NCBI GenBank assembly: GCA_963741955.1
Contig: CAVUKB010000005.1
Coordinates: 832,001 to 896,000 of the forward strand
Reading direction: 5' to 3'
DNA length: 64,000 nt
Source of the DNA: an uncultured Acidobacteriota bacterium
Lineage (GTDB): Bacteria > Acidobacteriota > Thermoanaerobaculia > Gp7-AA8
The position numbers and the translations under genes are program-made. This document shows positions 1 through 8,478 of the stretch, piece after piece; positions within the stretch are counted from its first letter, which is position 1; every line of letters begins with the position of its first letter. The notes beneath the pieces are model-generated. The model was not told the origin of the DNA, did not search any database, and saw only the letters and a list, made by a program, of their open reading frames with translations.

Positions 1-172
1 CCGCTTGCTGTCGCAGACGGTTCCGATCGAGGCGCGCGACATCCGCTGGATCCGTTTCGTGGAGGAAGGCTTCCCAGGTGTCGACCTTTCCGGTGCAGAG
101 ACGAATGACGGCCTCGACACGGTTCGCCTTCGCAACGATCCGAGCCTCCTGCTGCCTCCCAGTTTCAAGCAT
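1..172 (-). CDS. Partial cassette ORF (N-terminus MLETGRQQEARIV..., truncated by the window edge)
   Basis: ATG at 172-170 just after attC 193-252; open to the edge. Confidence 0.5.
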   Translation of the reverse strand, partial: MLETGRQQEARIVAKANRVEAVIRLCTGKVDTWEAFLHETDPADVARLDRNRLRQQA

Positions 173-192
173 CCAATGTGTGTCTCCAGTCC

Positions 193-252
193 GGCTAACG
201 CTCAGCATCAGCGGCGGCGCGCAGTGCCGTCCGCTGCATGTGTTTGTTGGGC
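193..252 (-). other. attC site (short type, 60 bp)
   Basis: ggctaac...catcagcggcggcgc gcagtgccgtccgctgcatg...gttgggc. Confidence 0.9.
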
Positions 253-262
253 AGCGTCTCCG

Positions 263-982
263 TCATGCTCCGGCGACAGACCCGGTACCTACCTTCTCTC
301 GCCACCTTGAGGTGTCCACGCCTTTCACGAGCAGCCAGAGCATCAACAAGAGTTCCGCCAGAGCGCCGAAGGGCAGAACGTAGGACGACAGTGTGGTGGC
401 AAGTGGCGGCCATACAAAGGTCAGCCAGCCCACACCGGCACACATCATGAAGACGCCAATGATTCGAGGAAGGAACGATGCTCTGAAGATGAGATAGCCG
501 ACCAAGAGGTCATATGCCGCAAAAAGCACAAGGGAGATGCTGAATACCTGGGCATACAATTTGAGGCCGAGCAGCGCCGTCATCTGCAACTGCTCCACTT
601 TGAACGCAACCAACAATTGACTGTCTCCAAGAATGACAAATGGAGCTAGTTGTAGGAGACCGGCAATGATCTGAATGGCACATCCTACGAGACTGAAGAA
701 CGCCGCGAGCAACGACAAGGTCCGGTTCACCGGTTCAAACAATCTGTAGAAGAGAGCTGTGACGGCTATGTAGATCAAGGTCGCGATGAGGCTAACTGCG
801 ACACCTGACCGGTACAAAGCCTCATGCGCCAGGATGTTGTTCGCCGTAGCTGCTGCGTCGCTGAGAACCACAAGCCCCTTCGCGAGGAATCCGCCAAGGA
901 AGGCCATCAGGAAATAGAACAGATACACGACACCGATCGCCCTCGCATTGGGGCATGGCGAACCTTGTTCGATCTGTTCCAT
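263..982 (-). CDS. Cassette: multi-TM membrane protein, DUF4386-like
   Basis: About 6-7 hydrophobic helices; 'DAAATANNILAHE' and 'SFLPRIIG' recall DUF4386. Start set at ATG 982 because the longer ORF runs into the attC. Confidence 0.75.
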   Translation of the reverse strand: MEQIEQGSPCPNARAIGVVYLFYFLMAFLGGFLAKGLVVLSDAAATANNILAHEALYRSGVAVSLIATLIYIAVTALFYRLFEPVNRTLSLLAAFFSLVGCAIQIIAGLLQLAPFVILGDSQLLVAFKVEQLQMTALLGLKLYAQVFSISLVLFAAYDLLVGYLIFRASFLPRIIGVFMMCAGVGWLTFVWPPLATTLSSYVLPFGALAELLLMLWLLVKGVDTSRWREKVGTGSVAGA

Positions 983-1021
983 ACATGAGCCTCCCTGTTT
1001 CACAATGCAGGCTTCGACGCT

Positions 1022-1122
1022 GCCCAACGGTTTGCCGCTGAGCCGCGGCCACCGCACACGGAAGAGTAGCACCTACGAGAACGGTGCAGCGGTGGCCGTC
1101 GGCCCCAGCGGCGGAGTTGGGC
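1022..1122 (-). other. attC site
   Basis: gcccaac...ccgctgagccgcggccaccgc...gcggtggccgtcggccccagcgg...gttgggc. Confidence 0.9.
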
Positions 1123-1130
1123 GGCGCTTT

Positions 1131-2165
1131 TCAGCGGTATCCGCCAGCAGATATGGCGCCGCCCGACAGAACCACAGCCACAGTCTCCGTGAGGTCAATC
1201 CCGCCACGGGAGTTCCTGATGATCACGGCAGGTGTCCAGATGAGACCGGGAATGCTCCACCAGCCGACGAGAGCGGACAGTAGCGAATACTTTAGCCCGG
1301 CGAGCAGCGGCTTCTGGCCCGGTTGGAGCAGAAAGATCTTCGACGGCATCATGAGACCGAGGTAGACGGCGGAGACGGTGTACTGAAACTGAACAAGGCG
1401 TACCCCATTCTTGATCGCTGTGAGCAGGGGCGAAGCCTCGGCTTGACGCTGCACCTGGTCCGGATTATCGCCCATGTTCACCATCAGAAACCGCTTGGCG
1501 TACTCGCGGTTCCACGCGAGAAACTCAAGCCGCGATTTGTCGGCACGCCACTTATCAACAACGAGATACTTTGTGAACTCCGTTGCGTGCTCGCGGCAGA
1601 CCGGAACAAGCCACGAACCACGTTCGTTGAGGCCAGCGCTCATGCGAAAAGGAACGATGGTATCTGCGGGGCGCACACAGACAGGACAGGACGCCGGGAA
1701 AGCCACGAGCGCGGAATAGACACCGACACGTAGCCAGCTGTTTTCCGTCGGGTCCAGCATCTCCGCCTTGACAGGCTGGGGCACGACGATTGGTGTTGGC
1801 TTCCAGACAGACGGCTTAACGACCGCTTCTCGTGCTGCCGCTGCCCGCGTCGCCATCTCTGCCAACGCCCGCGCGCCATTCTTGGCCAGAAAAGTGTTGT
1901 ACTTGAAAAACTGCTCGACCTGCTTCCCGTCCGCGGCCGTGTAAGTGACATGGAGAACGTTGCCGTAGACGCGAAGGTCTGCAAGGTACTGATAGTAGAT
2001 TTGGGTCGACCCAATCTCGATGCGGTCTTCAAAGGCAGACACTTGCTGCAGCCGGCGTATCCCACCATAGGAACCGTCGGGAGCCGTTACGAGCATGCCA
2101 GCCGAGAAGAATGGTCGTTGCGCTTCCATCGGGTTCGCGTTGAGATTGCGGTTCCCTCGGATCAT
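1131..2165 (-). CDS. Cassette: hypothetical protein with CxxC motif and C-terminal TM segment
   Basis: 344-aa ORF filling the cassette; CPVC...CREH motifs; hydrophobic C-terminal region. Confidence 0.8.
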   Translation of the reverse strand: MIRGNRNLNANPMEAQRPFFSAGMLVTAPDGSYGGIRRLQQVSAFEDRIEIGSTQIYYQYLADLRVYGNVLHVTYTAADGKQVEQFFKYNTFLAKNGARALAEMATRAAAAREAVVKPSVWKPTPIVVPQPVKAEMLDPTENSWLRVGVYSALVAFPASCPVCVRPADTIVPFRMSAGLNERGSWLVPVCREHATEFTKYLVVDKWRADKSRLEFLAWNREYAKRFLMVNMGDNPDQVQRQAEASPLLTAIKNGVRLVQFQYTVSAVYLGLMMPSKIFLLQPGQKPLLAGLKYSLLSALVGWWSIPGLIWTPAVIIRNSRGGIDLTETVAVVLSGGAISAGGYR

Positions 2166-2184
2166 ACCTCGGCGAGCTTGAGCT

Positions 2185-2288
2185 GCCCAACGGCCTGCGG
2201 CTCAGCGGCTTCGGACCGCCCGCGCTGAACGTGCAAACCAGAGTATACAAGGCGGCGGGCCGAAGTCCGCTGGAGCCGTTTGTTAGGT
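2185..2288 (-). other. attC site
   Basis: gcccaac...gttaggt; closely related to attC 6805-6909. Confidence 0.9.
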
Positions 2289-2293
2289 GCGGC

Positions 2294-2641
2294 TCAGGCG
2301 CTGAGCAGGCCAGCCTTGCTCGCGCGGTTGATGTAGACCAGCGTCGCAATTCCGATGATGGTTCCGAGCGGGATGTTCGGGAGCGACAGAATGGCGAGTA
2401 CGATCCCCAGCCACTTCGCCCATTTGCGCTGCGCCTCCACGCCCCGCGGAGTGATGAACGCGAGAACCGCGGTAATGAGAGACATGACGGTTGCAGTCAT
2501 CGCGAACGCCGCAGGCCGATCGGAGTACGCGACGAAGAACAGCGGTATCGCAAGAAGGTTCAAAGCCGCGATGATGTAGAACATCCGGCCGGCCTTCTCG
2601 AGACCCTTCTCGCCCGGGTCTGGGTTTAGTTGTTCAAACAT
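2294..2641 (-). CDS. Cassette: small membrane protein
   Basis: 115 aa with 3-4 TM helices; fills the cassette. Confidence 0.8.
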   Translation of the reverse strand: MFEQLNPDPGEKGLEKAGRMFYIIAALNLLAIPLFFVAYSDRPAAFAMTATVMSLITAVLAFITPRGVEAQRKWAKWLGIVLAILSLPNIPLGTIIGIATLVYINRASKAGLLSA

Positions 2642-2647
2642 GTCAGC

Positions 2648-2707
2648 AGCTAACGGTCCGCATCAGCGGCGGCGCGCGGAGCCGTCCGCTGCATGCTGTT
2701 GTTATGC
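2648..2707 (-). other. attC site (short type, 60 bp)
   Basis: agctaac...gttatgc; same family as 193-252. Confidence 0.9.
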
Positions 2708-2710
2708 GGT

Positions 2711-3107
2711 TCATCGCTCAGTGATCGCACTGCTGGCCTCCGCTCTCCTGGCTTCTCGTTCGATGCGATCCTGCTCGAAACTCGACCACGCCTGCAGGTG
2801 GTGCTGGCAAGCGAGGTACAGCTCAATCAGCTTGTCTGCTGGTGCAGCGTCGAGGTACAACGTTCTCAAGCCGCTTGACCAAGGCGTCGCTCAGCCGTGC
2901 CACCTTCGCCGCACTGTCATGTTCGAGACCGTCGCCAAGGGTGGCCCATAAGGAGGCGTACGCCTCAGCCCGACGCCGCTCTCGCGCGTCCTCCCGGCGC
3001 ATGCGTTTCAACTCGAGCCTGTGTTGCACCCAGAGGGACACCAGGGAGCTGACGAGAGCGATCACGGCCCCAAGGATGACGAGCTGAGCTTCGGGCGAGA
3101 GGTTCAC
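2711..3107 (-). pseudogene. Cassette ORF with N-terminal TM and apparent frameshift at about 2860-2890
   Basis: ORF 3107-2823 continues in another frame (LYLDAAPADKLIELYLACQHHLQAW...) to a stop at 2711, next to the attC. Real lesion or sequencing error. Confidence 0.55.
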
Positions 3108-3610
3108 GGCATCTCCCGGTCCGCGGCGTCTGCCTCGGCCGGCGCGGGCAGGATTGCCGCGAGGTCGCCCTCGACGTCGAGCCCGTACCCAGCGGCTAAT
3201 CGCGCTATGTGAACGCCAAAGACGCCTCGCAACTCACCGAGCGCGCCGTTGAACTCCCAGCTCGCCCAATGCCCGCGGTGAGCGCCGAATAGGACGATGT
3301 CCGAACGAGCGCCAACGGTGTTCAAGAACTTGCGACAGCCTGCTCGGAGTGCCCGAAGCGTGTCGGCGAGGTCGGCGCCTGTCCCAAGAGATTGTAGTTC
3401 GGTCGTGAGGAACCGCCGGATCTCCAGGACGGACTGGACGCAATGCTCCGGCACTTCCATCTCGGAGGGGACATAGAGCACCCGTCGGTCTTCGAGGAAC
3501 GTGACAACGCGTCGTGCGACCCGTACTTCGGGCTCAGGAGGATTCCACGAGACCCCGAACACCGGCGAGCTAAGACCGGTCACTCGCGCCAAGATCTCTT
3601 TGAATCGCAC
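3104..3610 (-). CDS. Cassette: DUF6650-like hypothetical protein
   Basis: 'GVSWNPP...FLEDRRVLY...HCVQSVLEIRRFLT' recalled as DUF6650; RBS GGAGGAGG upstream. Confidence 0.7.
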   Translation of the reverse strand: MRFKEILARVTGLSSPVFGVSWNPPEPEVRVARRVVTFLEDRRVLYVPSEMEVPEHCVQSVLEIRRFLTTELQSLGTGADLADTLRALRAGCRKFLNTVGARSDIVLFGAHRGHWASWEFNGALGELRGVFGVHIARLAAGYGLDVEGDLAAILPAPAEADAADREMP

Positions 3611-3628
3611 GGCTACCTCCTCCTATCC

Positions 3629-3733
3629 GCATAACGTTCTGAGCTCACCGGCACGAACCGGCGACGTGAAAAAGTATAACGCTCGCGATGCAGCAGCGCG
3701 CCGGTTCGTGCCCGGTGGAGCGCCGAGTTGGGC
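3629..3733 (-). other. attC site
   Basis: gcataac...gttgggc; loop shared with 13656-13760. Confidence 0.88.
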
Positions 3734-3751
3734 GGCGGCACCCGCTGTTCA

Positions 3752-4777
3752 TTACGCCCAGAGCTGTTTCGACAGCTTCCTCACGACCTTCTTGTTCTCG
3801 GACAGTTGTTCTGCGTTCACTTTGACGCGTTGTCCGGCGACGCTGAGCGTACCTGAGCTCATCGTAACGAACGGATTTCCGCGGGCAAATGCAACCACGC
3901 CAGAGGTCTGAAAGTCTCTCACTTCAAACATGCCATCCGCCACATTGGAGAACGTGAAGCTCGCCGGGCTGTCTTTGAGAATTGCTGAAAGATCCTGCGT
4001 GATCCCCGACAGCACTGCCGAATAGCTTTTCGCAGTGTTGATGTACTGCGTGAGACGGTTCTTCGCGACCATGTGAACCTGCGGAAGCTTCAATCCGGCG
4101 TTTTGCATACGCGTATGAAAGTTGTGCTGAGCGTACACTTCGGACGGCAACTTCAGTCCGTAGACAAGACTCATCGCATTCTGAATTCCGCGCCGCGAAG
4201 AATCGTCGGCGGTGACCGGCAGAACAAGGCGCTGGCACGCGGCCAAAGCGATCTGCGTGTACATCGAGAAGCTGGGATTCATGTCGACAAAGCAGTAGTC
4301 GAACTCGTCGTTACACGCTTCTAGAAAATCGAGCAGCCAGCTTGCGACTTTCGACCAACTATCGGTGCCGGGAATCTGCGTGTTGGCCAGCGTCGAAACA
4401 GCATTTGCCTGAAGCTCGAGCAGCGGGTCGCCGGCGAGGAGAGTGATGTTGCTCGGACTGGCAGAGTTGAAATCGTGGGGCCGGGACAGGTACCCATGAG
4501 GAGAGATGGCTGAATTGTCGAATGGCTTCGGGAGGCGGGACTGAAAGTACCCGCCTACTGAGGCTCGGCCGGGCTTGCCGTGCAGCGCGAGAAGGTTTTT
4601 TCCACCGCCATTTTCTTGCCCCCCCAGGAAGAGCTCGCTGAGATTCGCCTGCGGACACAGGTCAAGAACCAGAATCCTGTCGTCCGCGTGCTCGGTGGCG
4701 AACGTGCAAATCGTTTGAAAGGCGAGACTTGTTTTCCCCGTTCCGCCTTTGTTGTTCCAATACCCAAGAACGTTCAT
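3752..4777 (-). CDS. Cassette: ParA/MinD-superfamily ATPase
   Basis: Deviant Walker A NNKGGTGKTS, 'LVLDLCPQANLS', Walker B 'CFVDMNP'. Confidence 0.88.
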   Translation of the reverse strand: MNVLGYWNNKGGTGKTSLAFQTICTFATEHADDRILVLDLCPQANLSELFLGGQENGGGKNLLALHGKPGRASVGGYFQSRLPKPFDNSAISPHGYLSRPHDFNSASPSNITLLAGDPLLELQANAVSTLANTQIPGTDSWSKVASWLLDFLEACNDEFDYCFVDMNPSFSMYTQIALAACQRLVLPVTADDSSRRGIQNAMSLVYGLKLPSEVYAQHNFHTRMQNAGLKLPQVHMVAKNRLTQYINTAKSYSAVLSGITQDLSAILKDSPASFTFSNVADGMFEVRDFQTSGVVAFARGNPFVTMSSGTLSVAGQRVKVNAEQLSENKKVVRKLSKQLWA

Positions 4778-4859
4778 ATACTACCTCCGCATGTGATAAC
4801 GCAACATGCGCACGTAGTATTTCAACATCTCGACGTCGTGGGCTCTGGCCTTCCGAGCC

Positions 4860-4952
4860 GTCCAACATTCGCTGCTCAGCGCCTGCGGCCGAGCGCTGAA
4901 CGAAAGCACACCCCAAACGCACCGAGGACGCAGGCCGCTGGAGGCGTTAGCG
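4860..4952 (-). other. attC site, degenerate at one end
   Basis: gtccaac...ctcagcgcctgcggccg...gccgctggaggcgttagcg; the right box looks shortened relative to relative 18058-18155. Confidence 0.7.
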
Positions 4953-4953
4953 G

Positions 4954-5718
4954 CTAGGCCGACTCCTGCCAGGCTTGCCGCCAAGCGTGAAAGTTGAATG
5001 CCACGTCGTCCTGCCTTAGGGAACGTACGGTGTCGACGATCATCGTTTCAAGATCGCTAATGACAGCCCCGGAGGCGATTGTCCCGACGATCGTTCCGCC
5101 CGTCCCGTCGCCATCCGGCTCGAGATGCCTCCTGTGCCATTCGAAGCGTGAGGTGATCACGTTAGTGAAGTACTCATCCGCCCCCTGTGAACCGAAGTGC
5201 TCAGGTGGGTAAAACGACGCCAACGCGACTAGAAATGAATGAAGTGTGCGAATGAGAGCATAGCTTGCATTCATCGTGTCGGCAGTTACTCCACTGTCCC
5301 AACCTTTTTGCGCTTCGCCGTACGCGGCGGCTCGCTGTGCTGGAAGAGAATCTATGTAGGCCGTTTCAGAAGACCCTCTTCCTTGTGCGACCTCGTGTTT
5401 CTCTCCGCCGCGCGACTCCTTTTCGATTTGCAACGGAGCTTTGCGCCGTCGATCCACCGCGGCGTACCAATCCTCGCGATAGAGCGTGATCTGGTGCGCA
5501 TCGAGTTTCCGATCGAACCCACCACGGATTTGAGTGTCGCGATGGCAATCGAAACAAAGAACAGCCAGGTTTTCCTCGGCGTGATTAGTCGGATTTTCAT
5601 CGACGTGATGCAGTTGGACCGGTCGTCCACGTTCACGACACACGCAGCAGATTCGATCCGATCGAAAGAGGACTCGAGCAGCGATATCGGACGGGATGTT
5701 CGTGCGATCCTTCGCCAT
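4954..5718 (-). CDS. Cassette: HNH-endonuclease-domain protein
   Basis: CCVC...QLHHVDENPTNHAEENLAVLCFDCH (HNH with Zn CxxC pairs) plus an unknown C-terminal domain. Confidence 0.85.
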   Translation of the reverse strand: MAKDRTNIPSDIAARVLFRSDRICCVCRERGRPVQLHHVDENPTNHAEENLAVLCFDCHRDTQIRGGFDRKLDAHQITLYREDWYAAVDRRRKAPLQIEKESRGGEKHEVAQGRGSSETAYIDSLPAQRAAAYGEAQKGWDSGVTADTMNASYALIRTLHSFLVALASFYPPEHFGSQGADEYFTNVITSRFEWHRRHLEPDGDGTGGTIVGTIASGAVISDLETMIVDTVRSLRQDDVAFNFHAWRQAWQESA

Positions 5719-5727
5719 GTCGTTGCC

Positions 5728-5831
5728 GCCCAACGCCAGCGCTGAGCCGCTTCAACGCGCACGCGCCGCATAAACACGATATCAGAACCTGGTGTTGCGC
5801 GTTGAAGGCGGCTCGAGCGCGATAGTTAGCC
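5728..5831 (-). other. attC site
   Basis: gcccaac...gcgctgagccgcttcaacgcgc...gcgcgttgaaggcggctcgagcgc...gttagcc. Confidence 0.9.
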
Positions 5832-6173
5832 GGCGGCGAGCAACGCCTCTACAACCCGTCGGCTCTCTGGGGAGACCGCGAGCAGGCCCGTACGGATGTC
5901 TTGGCGAGTCAGCTCGAGGAGGCGCCGCTCCTCGGCCGTGAGCGACGAATACCGTATTCCGATGATACGCAGGTCGGCCTCCACGGTGCGAGATGCAACC
6001 GGTGCCGCGCTCGGTGCCACCTTCGCTACATCTCGAGCGACCGCGATATCTCTGGCCAAGGTTGCGAAGTTCCGTTCACGAACACTGGATCTTTCGAGAA
6101 CGATGCCCGTGCCGAGCGAGCACGCGACTCCGATGAGCAGACCTACGAGAATACTTCCTCTGGAAATTTGCAT
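5826..6173 (-). CDS. Cassette: small protein with N-terminal TM/signal
   Basis: ATG 6173 (MQISRGSILVGLLIG) with AAGGA upstream; stop lies inside the attC box. Confidence 0.65.
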   Translation of the reverse strand: MQISRGSILVGLLIGVACSLGTGIVLERSSVRERNFATLARDIAVARDVAKVAPSAAPVASRTVEADLRIIGIRYSSLTAEERRLLELTRQDIRTGLLAVSPESRRVVEALLAAG

Positions 6174-6268
6174 TTGCGATCCTTTGCGGATTCGATGGCT
6201 TCTCTCCTGCGACGAAGGGCGGAGAAGAAGGTTTCGGCAAGGAGGCCAGAAGCGGTCGATCACCCGCC

Positions 6269-6366
6269 GGCTAACGTTGCGCGGTTCAGCGGCGCCGCCG
6301 ACGCGCAGAACGAAAGGATACCGCAAACGCATCGAGGCGGCGTCCGCTGGAACCGCTAAGTTAGCT
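6269..6366 (-). other. attC site
   Basis: ggctaac...gcggttcagcgg...ccgctggaaccgc...gttagct. Confidence 0.9.
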
Positions 6367-6789
6367 GCCGCTCTGGTATTTCGCGATTCTCCATTTTGCT
6401 TGCTGGAGCGAGTCACCGGGCCAAAGGTCCACGAGGCTGCCTTCCGCGAAATACTTGTCGGCGAAATCTCTCGCGAACTGCTCGGGCTCGTAAACCACGT
6501 CTGCCTTCTCTCCGATTTCGCGGTTGCGATACCACAGGTCAAGAATCGCTACGTCGATTGTGTCTGAAAGGTGGAGACTTTCGCGTACCGCGCCCCGCCA
6601 ACCGGTCGCTTGGGTTTTGAGCGCGATGTGGAGATTGATCTTCTCGAGTTTCGATTCACGGTCTGATGGAAGGACACCGATCACATCGAGGATGAACGCT
6701 TCGAAGAAGAGGTCAATCGGCGAGTGCTTGTACCGATTTGCGAGATCTTCCACTTGTTGGCTAGGCGGTTTCTTCGGGAACGGCCACAT
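6361..6789 (-). CDS. Cassette: hypothetical protein (MWPFPKK...)
   Basis: 142-aa ORF filling the cassette; stop inside the attC box. Confidence 0.75.
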   Translation of the reverse strand: MWPFPKKPPSQQVEDLANRYKHSPIDLFFEAFILDVIGVLPSDRESKLEKINLHIALKTQATGWRGAVRESLHLSDTIDVAILDLWYRNREIGEKADVVYEPEQFARDFADKYFAEGSLVDLWPGDSLQQAKWRIAKYQSGS

Positions 6790-6804
6790 TGTCGTGTCAC
6801 AGGC

Positions 6805-6909
6805 AGCTAACGGTGCGCGCTTCAGCGGCTTCGGCCCGCACGCGCAACACCTGCAAAACCAAGTATACAAGGCCGCGGGCCGAAGTCCGCTGCGAGCGCA
6901 GGGTTAGGC
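6805..6909 (-). other. attC site
   Basis: agctaac...gttaggc. Confidence 0.9.
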
Positions 6910-7344
6910 GGCGGGCACCTCGTTGCTTTCGATCGGCATTCGGAGTAACTGGAAACCTGCCCATATGATCGTTTCGGTGACGACGAATGCGACCAGCAGA
7001 ATAGAAAGGAATAGCCACGACATTTCAGGAACGAGGAGCGACTGCCCGACGGTAGCGACTGTCCAAACAGCGAGCGCAGCCATCAAAGCCACCAGCGTCA
7101 AGTAACGCAGCCGGCGCAGCACTCGACCTGCGCCGATTGCGATTGTTGCGAGAACCAAGGCGGTAAAAAGAGCGATGAAATATGCGACGTCAGCCGCAAT
7201 CATAACGATTTCAAGAATCGATTGGACAGTTGACCCCTGTTGGCGCGTCCATTGAAAAGCGAGCGAGATAACCAACTGCACTACGAGCAGAATGAACCAG
7301 AACATCAGAAAGAGTACCCCTCGACGTCGGTGAATTCGGTTCAT
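6904..7344 (-). CDS. Cassette: 4-TM membrane protein
   Basis: 146 aa with four hydrophobic segments. Confidence 0.75.
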   Translation of the reverse strand: MNRIHRRRGVLFLMFWFILLVVQLVISLAFQWTRQQGSTVQSILEIVMIAADVAYFIALFTALVLATIAIGAGRVLRRLRYLTLVALMAALAVWTVATVGQSLLVPEMSWLFLSILLVAFVVTETIIWAGFQLLRMPIESNEVPAA

Positions 7345-7357
7345 GCTCTTTTCGGCC

Positions 7358-7421
7358 GCCTAACGCTCCGGTTCAGCGGCGGGCCGCGCAGCGGACCGTC
7401 CGCTGCAACCGGTTGTTGGGC
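7358..7421 (-). other. attC site (short type, 64 bp)
   Basis: gcctaac..ccggttcagcggcgggccgc gcagcggaccgtccgctgcaaccgg..gttgggc. Confidence 0.9.
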
Positions 7422-7467
7422 GGCCGTCTCGCGGGTCGGTAACAGCATCGTTCGCGCAGGCCATGCG

Positions 7468-8478
7468 CTACGCGGGACTGATCCGGAACTCGATCAGCCA
7501 TTTCAACTTCCCCCGATCTCCATTCAGGTATGCCTCGATACTCTGCACGAGTTCATCGACGCGCCCGATTGGCACCACGTAGTCGAAGACGTTCGCCATT
7601 ACGCGCAGGGTTTCGCCGGTCCATTCACCTTCGACAACGAGCACGGCGAGGAGATCGGGCGTCTTCCCTTTCCAGTTGATCGCCGAAAACATCTTGTCCT
7701 TCGCGTAAAGAGATGCGTGTCTCGACGACGACTTCCGAACCTCGATGAACACCTTCGGTGCTGTTGCATCGGGCAATATGAAGTCTGCACGGAAGTCGTA
7801 AACAACGCCAGCGAGTGAATCGTATTGGTCTTCTCTCAGAAATGGCAGTCCGCGCTGGCGCAGAGCGGCATCGACGATGGACTCCAGAAGGACGCGTCCG
7901 ACAAGGTCTCGGACGATACCTTCAAGCGTCGACTCAAGCCGCTTCAGTATCTCCCCCTTCACCACATGTGCAGGATCGACGCGGTCGGAAAGGAGCTTCG
8001 ACAGCCGTTCTGCCGCCGGCTTCGAAATGCCATTATCGGACACAGAGCCGACCAACTCTTTTAGCTTCGCTTTGCTGAACATTCCGGCCAGATGCTGGAT
8101 GAGCGGCAGGAGGTGCGGGTTCTCCTTTAGATATCCTGCGTCGAACCGTGTGAAGGCGTCGGTGGCCGCGCTCAACTGCTCGTAGAATGTCTCGGCTACG
8201 GCTCTCAAGTTCGTGTAGACGCCGGCCGTGATTCCCGTCTCCAAGTCGAACACCAGCGCTTGGCGACGTTGCCACTCCGAGCAGACTTCTTCCGCTGTCG
8301 CCGGTCGCGCCGTGATGCCGAGACCCGCCATCACGATCACTCGCCCGCGATCTTCAGGAAGATGCTCGGGCAGAAGTGCAGTAAGGCCTTTCGATTGCTG
8401 CACCAGCTTCAAATACACATCGATGCAACGGCGACTCTCACCGTCGGCAATCTGATAAAGGGTCTCTGGGGCTGTCAT
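7468..8478 (-). CDS. Cassette: probable type II restriction endonuclease
   Basis: PD-(D/E)xK-like 'RADFILP...KVFIEVRKS'; coupled to the MTase through a TGATG overlap. Confidence 0.7.
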   Translation of the reverse strand: MTAPETLYQIADGESRRCIDVYLKLVQQSKGLTALLPEHLPEDRGRVIVMAGLGITARPATAEEVCSEWQRRQALVFDLETGITAGVYTNLRAVAETFYEQLSAATDAFTRFDAGYLKENPHLLPLIQHLAGMFSKAKLKELVGSVSDNGISKPAAERLSKLLSDRVDPAHVVKGEILKRLESTLEGIVRDLVGRVLLESIVDAALRQRGLPFLREDQYDSLAGVVYDFRADFILPDATAPKVFIEVRKSSSRHASLYAKDKMFSAINWKGKTPDLLAVLVVEGEWTGETLRVMANVFDYVVPIGRVDELVQSIEAYLNGDRGKLKWLIEFRISPA

